From an uncultured Cytophagales bacterium (GTDB lineage Bacteria > Bacteroidota > Bacteroidia > Cytophagales > Cyclobacteriaceae), in NCBI GenBank assembly GCA_963729575.1, contig CAVSOK010000020.1:195611-259610 (forward strand): DNA of 64,000 bases, given 5' to 3'. Positions 22,845 to 32,519 of this stretch are shown piece by piece. The notes beneath the pieces were generated by a model that was not told the DNA's origin, did no database searches, and was given only the letters and a program-made list of their open reading frames with translations. Positions within the stretch are counted from its first letter, which is position 1. Each line of letters opens with the position of its first letter. The translations under genes and the position numbers were made by a program.

Positions 22845-22872
22845 TTGTCAGTGTGGGCAACACTTTTGGCAG
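22845..22872 (-). promoter_or_regulatory. Candidate autoregulatory AraC/HTCS direct-repeat site
   Basis: TTGTCAG (22845-22851) and TTGGCAG (22866-22872) have a 21-bp period and lie upstream of the hybrid sensor gene. Confidence 0.45.
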
Positions 22873-23065
22873 CCATAGTAGTAATTGCGATGGTATTAGG
22901 GAATAGAGTAACTTGAAAACGAAGCGTTTAACTTATCGTATACTTCTTAGTTCTGAGCCAGAAGGGGGGCATAGTAATCGCACCTCCACTCCTCGGCTGC
23001 AACTAATAGTAAATTGCTAAATTAGGCTTGAATAATAGCGAAATATACCAAGGCACTAAGTAAAA

Positions 23066-25305
23066 TCAAAGATTTAACCAGTAAGTGAGCTTCACTACTA
23101 AACCTCGGTTCTTCTTTTCATAAGTATCAGGGAAGAAGCGGCTCTCGCCGTAAGCAGTGTAGTTATCAGTGTAGACAATAAACAAGTCAGACACCGGCTT
23201 AAAGCGCCACTGAAAGCGAGCATTTACGTTTACATTCTCAAACTGACTGTTGTACTGCACAAAGGTAGTTAGGAAAACACTACGGGTAAAGGTTAAATCT
23301 AGTCGGGGGCCAATTAGCACGAACTGGGTATCGGAGTAAGGTTCGGCCAAATTAATATCGCTGTAGTTGAAGTCCAGCGAAAACAAGCCGTAGGGCTGAA
23401 ACCGGTAATTGAGCGTACCGGAAAACGAATTCAGAATACCACCGTAGTACTGCCCATTGATCGTGTTGATCTCATAATTAAAGTTCCGTCGCTCATCTGA
23501 TTCGTACTCTACCATCAGATACATCATGTTGAACGTTTCTCCGGTTAAAAAAGAAAGTCCTTGACGCGAAGGGAGAAGGGGCGAAACAGATAGATGTAAT
23601 CATTCATCGCCGATACTGTCAATCGGCTGGTATTCCGAAAGTTGAAGTCGTAGAATAGACTAAAATTGTAGTCGGATATACCCAAGTCGGGTTTCCACCA
23701 CAGTTGTTGCTCAATACCGGGGCCGTGACTCACAATACCACTACCGTCGGGATAAAATGTGCGAGCGATAGAAGGAGAGATACGGCGAAAGTTTCTGCGA
23801 GGGGTAAATCCTACTTCGGCATTAAAACCTTCACCCACAATCTGGTGCTCCCAGATTAATTCCCATTTGCGGGTGCTATACGTTAGGTTAGCTCCGTGGG
23901 AATAAGATGCTTTTTTGGGAGTTGGGTCAAACGACTGATGGTAATAAATTTTTCCCGTCCAGGTATTATCCGCCGAAGCCAAGTTATAGTCCAGGCCTAC
24001 CAGCCGGTTAAAGTTGTTAGAACCAAGCGAAAACTCATTGGTGCTATCACTGAATGACTGCTTATTGATAAACAGACCAGATATATTGGACCGAGCAAAC
24101 AACTGCCGCTGCACTGCCGCCACGGTATAGTTAAAACTAGGCAGACTAATATCTTCATCCGCCCCCGTTTGCATATTTAATAGCCCCAACCGCCAGTTTT
24201 TATTTACTCTTCCGCTAAGGCGCGCTCCGCCCAAAATAGGGTTCTGCACGTTTATTCCGGTAGCGGTATCAATAGCGACCCCAATACGGCGGGAGAAAAA
24301 CGGCCGCACATTCTCCGATCCGAAGTTAGCGAACAGGTCAGCATTCTCTAGAAAAAACTGCCGCCGCTCAGGAAAGAAGATCTCGAAGCGGTTGAGGTTC
24401 GTTACCTGCTGGTCTACCTCCACCTGCGAAAAATCAGGATTCACCGTTAGGTCAAGATTTAGTGAGGGAGTTATTGCGATTTTAGCATCGCCCCCCGCCG
24501 CAAAATTACTCACTCCTTCGGTTTCGGAGAAGTCGCGGTTCTGTTGGGTAGAAACGTAAGGGATAAGAGAAACATTAGCACCCGGTTTCTTTAGGGGCTG
24601 ATCCCACAGTAGCTTTCCCGTGTAAGCCAGCGAGTAGAGCCGAAAATTCAACGGAACGTGGTTCCAGGTAGATCGTTCATTGGTATGACTATCTAACCGA
24701 TAAAATTGAATATTCCACTCCTTTGAGTTCTCTTTATAGCGTAGTGTTTTAAACGGAATAGCAAATTCGGCAATCCAGTAGTCTTCATAACGCTTAGCGG
24801 CGGAAAACCAGCGGTTGTCCCATGATAAGTCAAAATCTTGTTGGGAAGCCCCACCATTAGAGATTAACCCCTCTCGTTGTACCCCGTAGGGATTGATACC
24901 AAAGATAAAAGCAGTCGTTTGATCTTGAAAAGGATCAATAATGAACGAAAATTGATCATTGCCCGCCCCCCTGAAATCGCGCCGTAATGAAGGAGTCACG
25001 TAGTAGTTTCCTTCGGTAGTAGCGTAGCATTTAACCCCCAGGTATACGAATTTGTCATCATACGTCAGCCGTACTTCACTAGGTGCTACCGTTCGCGATG
25101 TATCCATCGGGAAGTTCTGCCAAAAGCCATTCGACATCTCGGCATCCTGCCAGGCTGCTTCCTCTAAAACCCCATCTAACTCGATAGCCGAAGAGGCTCG
25201 CTTAATATGGAGCTGTCGTTGAGGTTTTTGTGCTAGCGACAAAAATGGCAGCAAAAAAATTAGTAAAAATATTCCGGTTAGACTTACTTCAGATAGCGAC
25301 TTCAA
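23066..25305 (-). CDS. CBM9-like domain + DUF5916 outer-membrane protein, with an apparent frameshift near 23575
   Basis: Signal peptide, LDGVLEEAAW…AEFAIPFKTLRY, and NPDFSQVEVD…FPERRQFFLE…FFSRRIG. The C-terminal piece ends VKLTYWLNL. Confidence 0.85.
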
Positions 25306-25472
25306 CTTTGGCGACAGAATAATATTTGGAATAAATGGTTTGTCTCATTATAACCATTAGAGGTAAGCTGCGATAATACAACTTTTTTGTTGGTATTCCA
25401 CACGGATTATTCCGTATCAGATTTAATTCCTATTCATTTTCTACTAACTTCGCCTCAATTTGGACTAAACTA

Positions 25473-25922
25473 AATTGACAGTTGATAATTGACGATTGAA
25501 AAGGGAAAATGAATAGTGAAGAATGAAAAAGAATGTCATACAGGATAAATCTTTTCAGTTTGCAGTTCGAGTGGTTCGTTGCTGTCAACACCTTCAAAGT
25601 AAAAATGAGTATGTTTTGAGTAAGCAGTTTCTTCGATCAGGAACATCTATTGGAGCTAACGCACGAGAGGCTTCACAAGCAGCATGCTAAGAAAGATTTC
25701 ATATATAAGATGAATATAGCTTTGAAAGAAGCCGTAGAAACTCAATACTGGATTGAATTGCTGAAAGAAACAGGTTATTTGAAAGAAGAGGAAGCAAACA
25801 ATTTACACACTAATTGTACCGAACTATGTAAAAATATTGTCCACTATCAGTAAGTCAGCCAAAAACAACACCTAAAATTGATAAGAATATAATATTATCA
25901 ACTATCCATTATTAATTATAAC
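25473..25922. repeat. Inverted arrays of imperfect 7-nt repeats flanking the four-helix-bundle gene
   Basis: Left arm: AATTGAC AGTTGAT AATTGAC GATTGAA AAGGGAA AATGAAT AGTGAAG AATGAAA (25473-25528). Right arm: TTATCAA CTATCCA TTATTAA TTATAAC (25895-25922), complementary to the left-arm unit. Confidence 0.7.
25523..25875 (+). CDS. Four-helix-bundle protein (23S rRNA intervening-sequence protein family), with two apparent frameshifts
   Basis: ATG 25523 reads MKKNVIQDKSFQFAVRVV…LSKQFLRSGTSIGANAREA. A shifted frame continues KKDFIYKMNIALKEAVETQYWIELL. A second shift near 25833 gives KILSTISKSAKNNT and a stop. Confidence 0.85.
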
Positions 25923-25933
25923 CTAACCATCCT

Positions 25934-28762
25934 ATGCCGCGCGATACTAGCATCAAATCTATCTTAATTATTGGCAGTGGCCCGATCATCATTGGGCAGG
26001 CCTGCGAGTTTGATTATTCGGGCTCTCAAGCCGCTCGTTCTTTACGAGAAGAAGGTATCAAAGTATCGCTCATTAATTCCAATCCGGCCACCATCATGAC
26101 CGACCCCATTACGGCGGATGATATTTATCTGAAGCCGTTGGAGAAGAAATACATCGTTGAGATTCTGAAGAAACATCAGGAAGAAGGTCGGCCCATAGAT
26201 ACTGTGCTGCCAACCATGGGTGGACAAACGGCACTGAATTTAGCCATTGACTGCGACAAAGCCGGTATCTGGGAAAAGTTCGGTGTACGAATGATCGGGG
26301 TAGATGTGAACGCGATCGAAACTACCGAAGACCGGGAGAAATTCCGCTTGAAAATGCACGAACTGGGCGTGGGAGTTTGTAAGGGACGCATCGCTACCTC
26401 CTTTTTGCAAGGAAAGGAAATTGCCCAAGAAATTGGCTTTCCGTTGGTGATTCGCCCGTCGTATACGCTGGGAGGTTACGGGGGTGGATTTGTCAATGAT
26501 GCCAGCGAATTTGATAAAGCCCTGAACGCCGGACTGCACGCTTCGCCGGTGCACGAAGTACTAGTGGAGCAAAGCATTATGGGCTGGAAGGAGTACGAGT
26601 TAGAACTGCTACGCGACCGACTGGGTAATATGATTATCATCTGCTCGGTAGAGAATTTTGATCCGATGGGCGTGCACACCGGCGACTCCATCACCGTAGC
26701 TCCCGCCATGACGTTGCCCGACACAGTATACCAACACATGCGCGATCTGGCCAAAATCATGATTAACGGCATTGGGGAATTTGCCGGAGGTTGCAACATT
26801 CAGTTCTCAGTGAACCCAGAAGATGATTCCATTATTGGCATTGAAATCAATCCCCGCGTTTCCCGCTCTTCGGCCTTAGCTTCCAAAGCAACTGGTTATC
26901 CTATTGCCAAGGTTGCGGCTAAGTTAGCGATTGGCTACACGCTGGACGAACTGAAGAATCAAATTACCGGAACCACCTCGGCCTTCTTCGAACCCGCGCT
27001 AGATTACGTAATTGTGAAAATTCCTCGGTGGAACTTTGCTAAGTTTGACGGGGCTGATTCGCACTTAGGGTTGCAAATGAAGTCGGTGGGAGAAGCGATG
27101 GGTATTGGTCGCAACTTTCAGGAAGCTTTGCAGAAAGCATGTCAATCGTTAGAGATCAAACGAAATGGTTTGGGGGCCGACGGTAAGGAGGAAACCAACC
27201 AGCAAAAAATTATGGAAGCGTTGGAGCACCCGAGCGACGACCGTCTGTTCCGTATCTACGATGCTTTTAAACTGGGTATTTCCTTTACTACCATCCGTAA
27301 GCTCACCAAAATTGACCCGTGGTTTCTGCGGCAGATTGAGGAGCTGATTGAGTTGGAAAAAGAAATTCAGCAACACTCCCTAGATGATCTTCCAGTGGAA
27401 CTAATGCGGGAAGCCAAGGAGAAAGGCTACGCGGATCGACAGATTGCCCACTTGTTAGATTGTCTGGAGAGCGAAGTACACGGCAAACGCAAAGAGATGG
27501 GTATCAACCGGGTGTACAAACTGGTAGATACCTGCGCCGCCGAGTTTGAAGCGCAGACTCCCTACTACTACTCCACCTTTCAGCAGGAGAACGAATCTAT
27601 CCCATCGGATCGGAAGAAAATTGTGGTGCTCGGTTCCGGCCCTAACCGCATTGGGCAAGGTATTGAGTTCGACTACTGCTGCGTGCACGGCGTGCTAGCC
27701 GCCAAGGAGATGGGTTACGAAACTATTATGATTAACTGTAATCCCGAAACGGTTTCTACCGACTTTGACATTGCCGATAAGCTCTACTTTGAGCCAGTTT
27801 TCTGGGAGCATATTTACGACATCATCCAGCACGAACAGCCCGAAGGAGTGATTGTGCAACTCGGCGGACAAACCGCCCTGAAGCTAGCCGAAAAGCTGGA
27901 CCGCTACGGTATTCCAATTATCGGTACTAACTATCAATCGTTGGATTTAGCCGAAGATCGCGGACGCTTCTCAACACTACTCAAAGAAAACGATATTCCT
28001 TATCCCAACTTCGGAACGATCTCTGACGCTGAATCAGCTCTGGAGCTTTCCAAAGAAATTGGTTTTCCACTGTTGGTGCGTCCGTCGTACGTACTAGGGG
28101 GGCAAAGCATGAAGATCGTGATTAATGAGCAGGAACTGGAGAAGCATGTGGTGAACATCCTAAACGAAATGCCCGGTAATCATATTCTGCTTGATCACTT
28201 TCTGGAAGGAGCCATTGAAGCCGAAGCCGACGCTATTTGCGATGGCGAAGATGTGCACATCGTCGGCATTATGCAGCACATTGAACCCGCCGGAATCCAC
28301 TCGGGTGATTCTTACGCGGTGCTCCCGCCCTACAACCTAGGTGACTTTGTGATGCAGCAAATTGAGGCGTATACTAAAAAAATTGCTTTGGCTTTGAATA
28401 CTGTCGGGTTGATTAATATTCAGTTTGTGGTAAAAGACGATAAGGTCTACATTATTGAAGCCAATCCCCGGGCCTCGCGTACCGTACCGTTCATCTGCAA
28501 AGCCTACCGCGAGCCCTACGTGAACTACGCCACCAAAGTGATGCTGGGCGAAAAGAAGGTAAAAGACTTTGACTTTAACCCCCACAAGCAGGGCTACGCC
28601 ATCAAAGTACCCGTCTTCTCCTTCCACAAGTTCCCCAACGTAAACAAGGAGCTCGGCCCCGAAATGAAATCCACCGGCGAAGCCATCTACTTCATCGACG
28701 ACCTACTGGACGACTACTTCTTAGATATTTACAGCGAACGGAATTTGTACTTGAGTAAGTAG
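25934..28762 (+). CDS. carB: Carbamoyl-phosphate synthase large subunit
   Basis: Motifs IGSGPIIIGQACEFDYSG, GVHTGDS, EINPRVSRSS and the second ATP-grasp domain (GSGPNRIGQGIEFDY, EANPRASRT, GPEMKSTGE). Confidence 0.98.
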   Translation: MPRDTSIKSILIIGSGPIIIGQACEFDYSGSQAARSLREEGIKVSLINSNPATIMTDPITADDIYLKPLEKKYIVEILKKHQEEGRPIDTVLPTMGGQTALNLAIDCDKAGIWEKFGVRMIGVDVNAIETTEDREKFRLKMHELGVGVCKGRIATSFLQGKEIAQEIGFPLVIRPSYTLGGYGGGFVNDASEFDKALNAGLHASPVHEVLVEQSIMGWKEYELELLRDRLGNMIIICSVENFDPMGVHTGDSITVAPAMTLPDTVYQHMRDLAKIMINGIGEFAGGCNIQFSVNPEDDSIIGIEINPRVSRSSALASKATGYPIAKVAAKLAIGYTLDELKNQITGTTSAFFEPALDYVIVKIPRWNFAKFDGADSHLGLQMKSVGEAMGIGRNFQEALQKACQSLEIKRNGLGADGKEETNQQKIMEALEHPSDDRLFRIYDAFKLGISFTTIRKLTKIDPWFLRQIEELIELEKEIQQHSLDDLPVELMREAKEKGYADRQIAHLLDCLESEVHGKRKEMGINRVYKLVDTCAAEFEAQTPYYYSTFQQENESIPSDRKKIVVLGSGPNRIGQGIEFDYCCVHGVLAAKEMGYETIMINCNPETVSTDFDIADKLYFEPVFWEHIYDIIQHEQPEGVIVQLGGQTALKLAEKLDRYGIPIIGTNYQSLDLAEDRGRFSTLLKENDIPYPNFGTISDAESALELSKEIGFPLLVRPSYVLGGQSMKIVINEQELEKHVVNILNEMPGNHILLDHFLEGAIEAEADAICDGEDVHIVGIMQHIEPAGIHSGDSYAVLPPYNLGDFVMQQIEAYTKKIALALNTVGLINIQFVVKDDKVYIIEANPRASRTVPFICKAYREPYVNYATKVMLGEKKVKDFDFNPHKQGYAIKVPVFSFHKFPNVNKELGPEMKSTGEAIYFIDDLLDDYFLDIYSERNLYLSK

Positions 28763-28795
28763 TGGATAGGGAAGATGTTATTAGTATAGTAAAAA

Positions 28796-28873
28796 TAGTA
28801 ATAATAAGTCTCCGTTACCCTACAGATATTGATGGATAACGGAGACATTGCCATTATCAATTTGTTGTGCCTA
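28796..28873 (+). repeat. attC-like hairpin ending in a GTT core site (alternatively the carB terminator)
   Basis: Stem GTCTCCGTTA (28808-28817) / TAACGGAGAC (28837-28846) with an imperfect outer extension. It is followed by GTTGTGCC (28864-28871) just before the next ORF. Confidence 0.5.
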
Positions 28874-28878
28874 ATTGA

Positions 28879-29256
28879 ATGAAGAACAGTATCTTAATAG
28901 CTATTACCGTTATCATCGCAATATTTTTCATTCTGTATAATTTACCGATAGAATTATACAATAGAAAAGAGATTGAACGAGGGAACGAATTGATAAATAG
29001 TATAGATAGGTATTATCATAAAGAAGGGAATCTTCCTGCTAACAATGATTGGGAAGCGTTAAGGAAGATTGGATTTACAAGAGAAGAAATGGGAAGAGCA
29101 TATCCAGAAATAAGAAACCTCAATGACTCAACCTATGAATTGATATTTACCATCGGATTTGATCCGCCATATTTGATGTGGAATTCGAATGAAAAAAAAT
29201 GGAAAGAAGATTTTCCTTCAATTTCTGAATCTTGGATGGAAAAGGATGAAAACTAG
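28879..29256 (+). CDS. Hypothetical membrane-anchored protein with cassette-like boundaries
   Basis: AT-rich ORF with an N-terminal TM segment. It is bracketed by the 11-bp inverted repeat TGTTGTGCCTA (28863-28873) / TAGGCACAACA (29254-29264). Confidence 0.7.
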   Translation: MKNSILIAITVIIAIFFILYNLPIELYNRKEIERGNELINSIDRYYHKEGNLPANNDWEALRKIGFTREEMGRAYPEIRNLNDSTYELIFTIGFDPPYLMWNSNEKKWKEDFPSISESWMEKDEN

Positions 29257-29345
29257 GCACAACATCGCTCAGCCCTCATTGAAGAAGAAATCTGCACCTA
29301 AGCGTTATTGATGGCAAATTCGTATCTTTGCTCAAAAAAAGACTG

Positions 29346-30218
29346 ATGGAAGAGCAAAGAGAAAAGTACATCAATCCATTCACCGATTACGGATTCAAGC
29401 GACTGTTTGGCGAAGAACCGAATAAGGATTTGTTGCTTGATTTCCTGAACGAACTACTCAAGCACGAACAAGGTCGAATCACTGAGCTGACGTACTTAAA
29501 GACTGATAAATTAGGAAGCAGCGAAGAAGACCGGAAGGCTGTCTTTGATCTGTATTGCCAAAACGCACGAGGGGAAAAATTCATCGTAGAACTTCAAAAG
29601 ACAAAACAAAAGTTTTTCAAAGACCGAACGGTCTACTATTCAACGTTTCCTATCCGCGAGCAAGCCCAAAGAGGATCGGATTGGACATTTGAATTGAAAG
29701 CGGTGTACACGGTAGCCATTCTGGACTTCGTTTTTGACGAAGATCAAAACGAACCCAATAAGTTCCGCTACGACGTAAAGCTAACTGATATAGAAACTTG
29801 TCAGGTATTCTATGACAAGCTAACTTTCGTGTACTTGGAAATGCCCAAGTTCCAAAAGGACATCAAGGAGTTAAAGACGAAGTTTGAGAAATGGATGTTC
29901 GTGATCCGTAACCTGAACAAACTGGACAGGGTACCGGACGAACTACGGGAAGGCATCTTTGAAAGGTTGTTTGAGGTGGCCGAGATTGCTCGGTTCAGTC
30001 CGGAAGAGGTGCAAGCCTACGAGGACAGTCTAAAGTCGTATCGGGATTTAAAGAACTCTTTAGATACTGCTTTTGAAGAAGGGATAGAACAAGGGATAGA
30101 ACAAGTGGCAATAAACGGTATCAAGCAGGGAAAAAGCGACGAACTGATCATGGAGTTGACCGGATTGAATTTGGAGCAGATAGAGTACCTAAAGGAAAAA
30201 ATAGAAAACGAGGGGTAA
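29346..30218 (+). CDS. Rpn family recombination-promoting nuclease / PD-(D/E)XK nuclease family transposase
   Basis: Motifs YINPFTDYGFKRLFG, AVFDLYC…FIVELQK, DRTVYY and YLEMPKF, with a C-terminal EEGIEQGIEQ repeat. It has its own -7 element TATCTTTG at 29323-29330, which favours the ATG at 29346. Confidence 0.9.
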   Translation: MEEQREKYINPFTDYGFKRLFGEEPNKDLLLDFLNELLKHEQGRITELTYLKTDKLGSSEEDRKAVFDLYCQNARGEKFIVELQKTKQKFFKDRTVYYSTFPIREQAQRGSDWTFELKAVYTVAILDFVFDEDQNEPNKFRYDVKLTDIETCQVFYDKLTFVYLEMPKFQKDIKELKTKFEKWMFVIRNLNKLDRVPDELREGIFERLFEVAEIARFSPEEVQAYEDSLKSYRDLKNSLDTAFEEGIEQGIEQVAINGIKQGKSDELIMELTGLNLEQIEYLKEKIENEG

Positions 30219-30277
30219 TAAGAGCTATGCGATAATGCTCGCTATCGCTCACACTACGCCTACCCAAAACGTTAGAT
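30216..30277 (+). repeat. attC-like site
   Basis: Begins at the Rpn stop codon. The arms TATGCG[A]TAATG (30226-30237) and CACTACGCCTA (30252-30262) pair imperfectly with one unpaired base. It ends in GTTAGAT (30271-30277), which fits GTTRRRY. Confidence 0.55.
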
Positions 30278-30338
30278 GATAATACTTGATCTGCTCACCA
30301 CGGGTATGACTACCGAAGAAGTAAAAATAAATGAGTAA
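30276..30338 (+). pseudogene. Possible DUF433-like antitoxin fragment
   Basis: Translates MIILDLLTTGMTTEEVK, which resembles the ILxLLxxGxTxEEI helix of DUF433 proteins. It is very short. Confidence 0.35.
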
Positions 30339-30546
30339 AGAGGTTACGAATACAGCATTCTACAACCAAGTTGTTGAACTACTACGCATAGCGAGAGGTA
30401 AGGTAGTTCAAACGATAAATAAGACTATGGTATTGGTGTACTTTGAGATTGGCGGGATGATCGTGGAGAAGGAACAGCAAGGTAGTGACCGAGCAAAATA
30501 CGGGAAACAACTGCTTAAAGAACTATCAAAGGTAGTGACCAATTAA
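30331..30546 (+). pseudogene. DUF1016/YhcG N-terminal fragment
   Basis: ARGKVVQTINKTMVLVYFEIGGMIVEKEQQGSDRAKYGKQLLKELS, stopping at 71 aa with no nuclease domain. Confidence 0.78.
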
Positions 30547-30557
30547 AAATAGAGAAT

Positions 30558-30830
30558 TTGAAAGAACGAATAAATAGTCAAAATAATACAGATCTTTATT
30601 TAGGAGATTTTGAAGCAGTTGATTCTAAATATAACTTTGATATTCAGGCTGTTGATTTGTTTACTGCTGCAATTAATAGAAGAATTCATAGTTCAGGAGA
30701 ATCCAATAATATTAAGGGTCAATTATCAAACTATATCTTGGAACTATTAAATTTTGATACCAGTACGATTGATTTGAGCGAAACAGATTGTGATAGGTCT
30801 ACTGTTTTTAATTTAACATTTGAAGAATAA
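30558..30830 (+). pseudogene. C-terminal fragment of a DUF3800-like protein
   Basis: DSKYNFDIQAVDLF resembles the DS…IQxAD motif. There is no proper start, the DNA is very AT-rich, and the stop is followed by an attC-start-like CTATAACATTGTATAA. Confidence 0.45.
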
Positions 30831-30911
30831 AGGACTATAACATTGTATAACCCGTATTGAGACGCAGCTTCCATTAAACATCAAGCATAGGCTAATAGCC
30901 TACCACAAAGT

Positions 30912-31280
30912 ATGAACCTACCTGAAGTAGAAAGTAGCGAAGTAGTCATCTTCAAGCCTAAAAGTGGACAGACTGAATTTCAAGTATTAGGTAAGCAGGA
31001 TACGGTTTGGGCTACTGAACAGCAGATAATGGACTTGTTTGGTAAGGCGAAACGAACAATAGGTGAGCATATTAAAAATATATACGTAGAGGGTGAACTT
31101 GACCAGGAATCAACTTGGCGGGAATTCCGCCAGGTTCAAAAAGAAGGAAAGAGAGAGGTATCCAGAAAGATCGCTATTTATAACTTGGACGTCATCGTCT
31201 CGGTCGGCTACCGTGTTAAATCTCCATTGGCAATAAAATTTAGAAAGTGGGCAACACAAAAATTTAAAGAATACTTATAG
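30912..31280 (+). pseudogene. RhuM-family protein, N-terminal part only
   Basis: TVWATEQQIMDLFG, IGEHIKNIYVEGEL and YNLDVIVSVGYRVKS…FRKWATQKFKEYL, then a stop. Confidence 0.8.
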
Positions 31281-31287
31281 GAAGGAT

Positions 31288-31764
31288 ATGCTGTTAACTA
31301 TGAAAGTTCTAGCTATCGGTGTATTTCTATCATGCACTTATCTGAATTGTCCGGCTCAAAAGCTCCTTTTCCATAAAAACCGCCATCAGGAAGTATCTTA
31401 CGAAATTGGTGACAAAATTTCGTTTCGGGTAAAAGGTAGTAGAGATAAAATTACCCGACAGATCACTAGGTTTCAAGATAGTCTTATTTTGTTTCGGGAT
31501 TACCAAGTCAATCCTGACAGCATATCGCACCTTTACGTAGACAATAAGACCAAAATCTGGTACATCATGCGGTACAAGTACGAGAAATTATTTCTGATTG
31601 CCGGAATTGGTTACCCACTAATAGATGCCATCAATACGGGTGAGCTAGATTCAACTACGCTAATTATTGGCGGTAGCCTGATTGGTGCTGGCTTACTGGC
31701 TCGCTGGCTAATAAGGGACACCATTAAGATTAGAGGAAAGAGAAAGCTAGAAATTGTTCGGTAG
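31288..31764 (+). CDS. Hypothetical exported/membrane protein
   Basis: Signal-like N-terminus and two C-terminal hydrophobic segments. Confidence 0.65.
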   Translation: MLLTMKVLAIGVFLSCTYLNCPAQKLLFHKNRHQEVSYEIGDKISFRVKGSRDKITRQITRFQDSLILFRDYQVNPDSISHLYVDNKTKIWYIMRYKYEKLFLIAGIGYPLIDAINTGELDSTTLIIGGSLIGAGLLARWLIRDTIKIRGKRKLEIVR

Positions 31765-31766
31765 CC

Positions 31767-32519
31767 TTACCGCTTCAGTAGCTTCTGATTGATCAGTGCT
31801 TCCATGACTGACTCGCGGTAGTGGCGGCTGATGGGGATGATTTGCTTACCGATAAAAATTTGGTTGCCCTCTACGGAGGTGATTTTATCTTTCGCCACTA
31901 AATACGATTTATGGGTTCGAATAAACCGCTTGCTAGGTAGTCGTTCCTCAGTACTTTTAAGAGTAACCAACGTCATAAACTTATCCTGTTCGGTATGAAT
32001 GACGACGTAGTTCTGCATCGCTTCCACGTAGCGAATATCGCGTAGAGCAATCTTCTCGTACTTCTGATCTACTTTCACAAAGAAATAATCTTCTTCGGTT
32101 TGAACTGACGGGGCAGAAGTAGTTTGGGTTACTGGGGCTGGAACAGTTACTCGCTGCTGAAGTTGGTACTGAGCTTTGGCTTTGTTAGCGGCTTGGTAAA
32201 AACGGTCAAATGTAATAGGTTTGAGCAGGTAGTCTAATACGTTGAGTTGATAACCTTCCAGCGCGTACTGCGGGTAAGCTGTGGTAAGAATAATGAGTGG
32301 CGGGTTCCGAATCGTTTTTAGGAAATCAATACCATTGAGCTTGGGCATTTGCACGTCTAAAAAGATCAAATCTACCGTGTGTTGATCGAGCATGGTTCCC
32401 GCCTCCAGTGGCGACTCGCACTCGCCTACTAAATTTAGAAAATCTAGCTCGCTTACGTAACCTGCCAGTCCTTCTCTCGCCAAAGGTTCATCATCTACAA
32501 CCAAACAATTAATTTTCAT
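31767..32519 (-). CDS. LytTR family response regulator
   Basis: Receiver domain (VVDDEPLA, FLDVQMP, DYLLKPI) and LytTR domain (FIRTHKSYLV). The likely start is ATG 32519. Confidence 0.95.
   Translation of the reverse strand: MKINCLVVDDEPLAREGLAGYVSELDFLNLVGECESPLEAGTMLDQHTVDLIFLDVQMPKLNGIDFLKTIRNPPLIILTTAYPQYALEGYQLNVLDYLLKPITFDRFYQAANKAKAQYQLQQRVTVPAPVTQTTSAPSVQTEEDYFFVKVDQKYEKIALRDIRYVEAMQNYVVIHTEQDKFMTLVTLKSTEERLPSKRFIRTHKSYLVAKDKITSVEGNQIFIGKQIIPISRHYRESVMEALINQKLLKR

Noticed and set aside
25523-25875. Four-helix-bundle gene as evidence of a 23S rRNA IVS or a diversity-generating retroelement
   Set aside because: There is no rRNA sequence around it, and no reverse transcriptase or TR/VR pair in the window.
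25934-28762. CarB is short (942 aa) and lacks the C-terminal MGS-like domain
   Set aside because: It ends cleanly after the second ATP-grasp domain. As far as I recall, short CarB of this type is usual in Cytophagales and Flavobacteriales, so it is not evidence of truncation.
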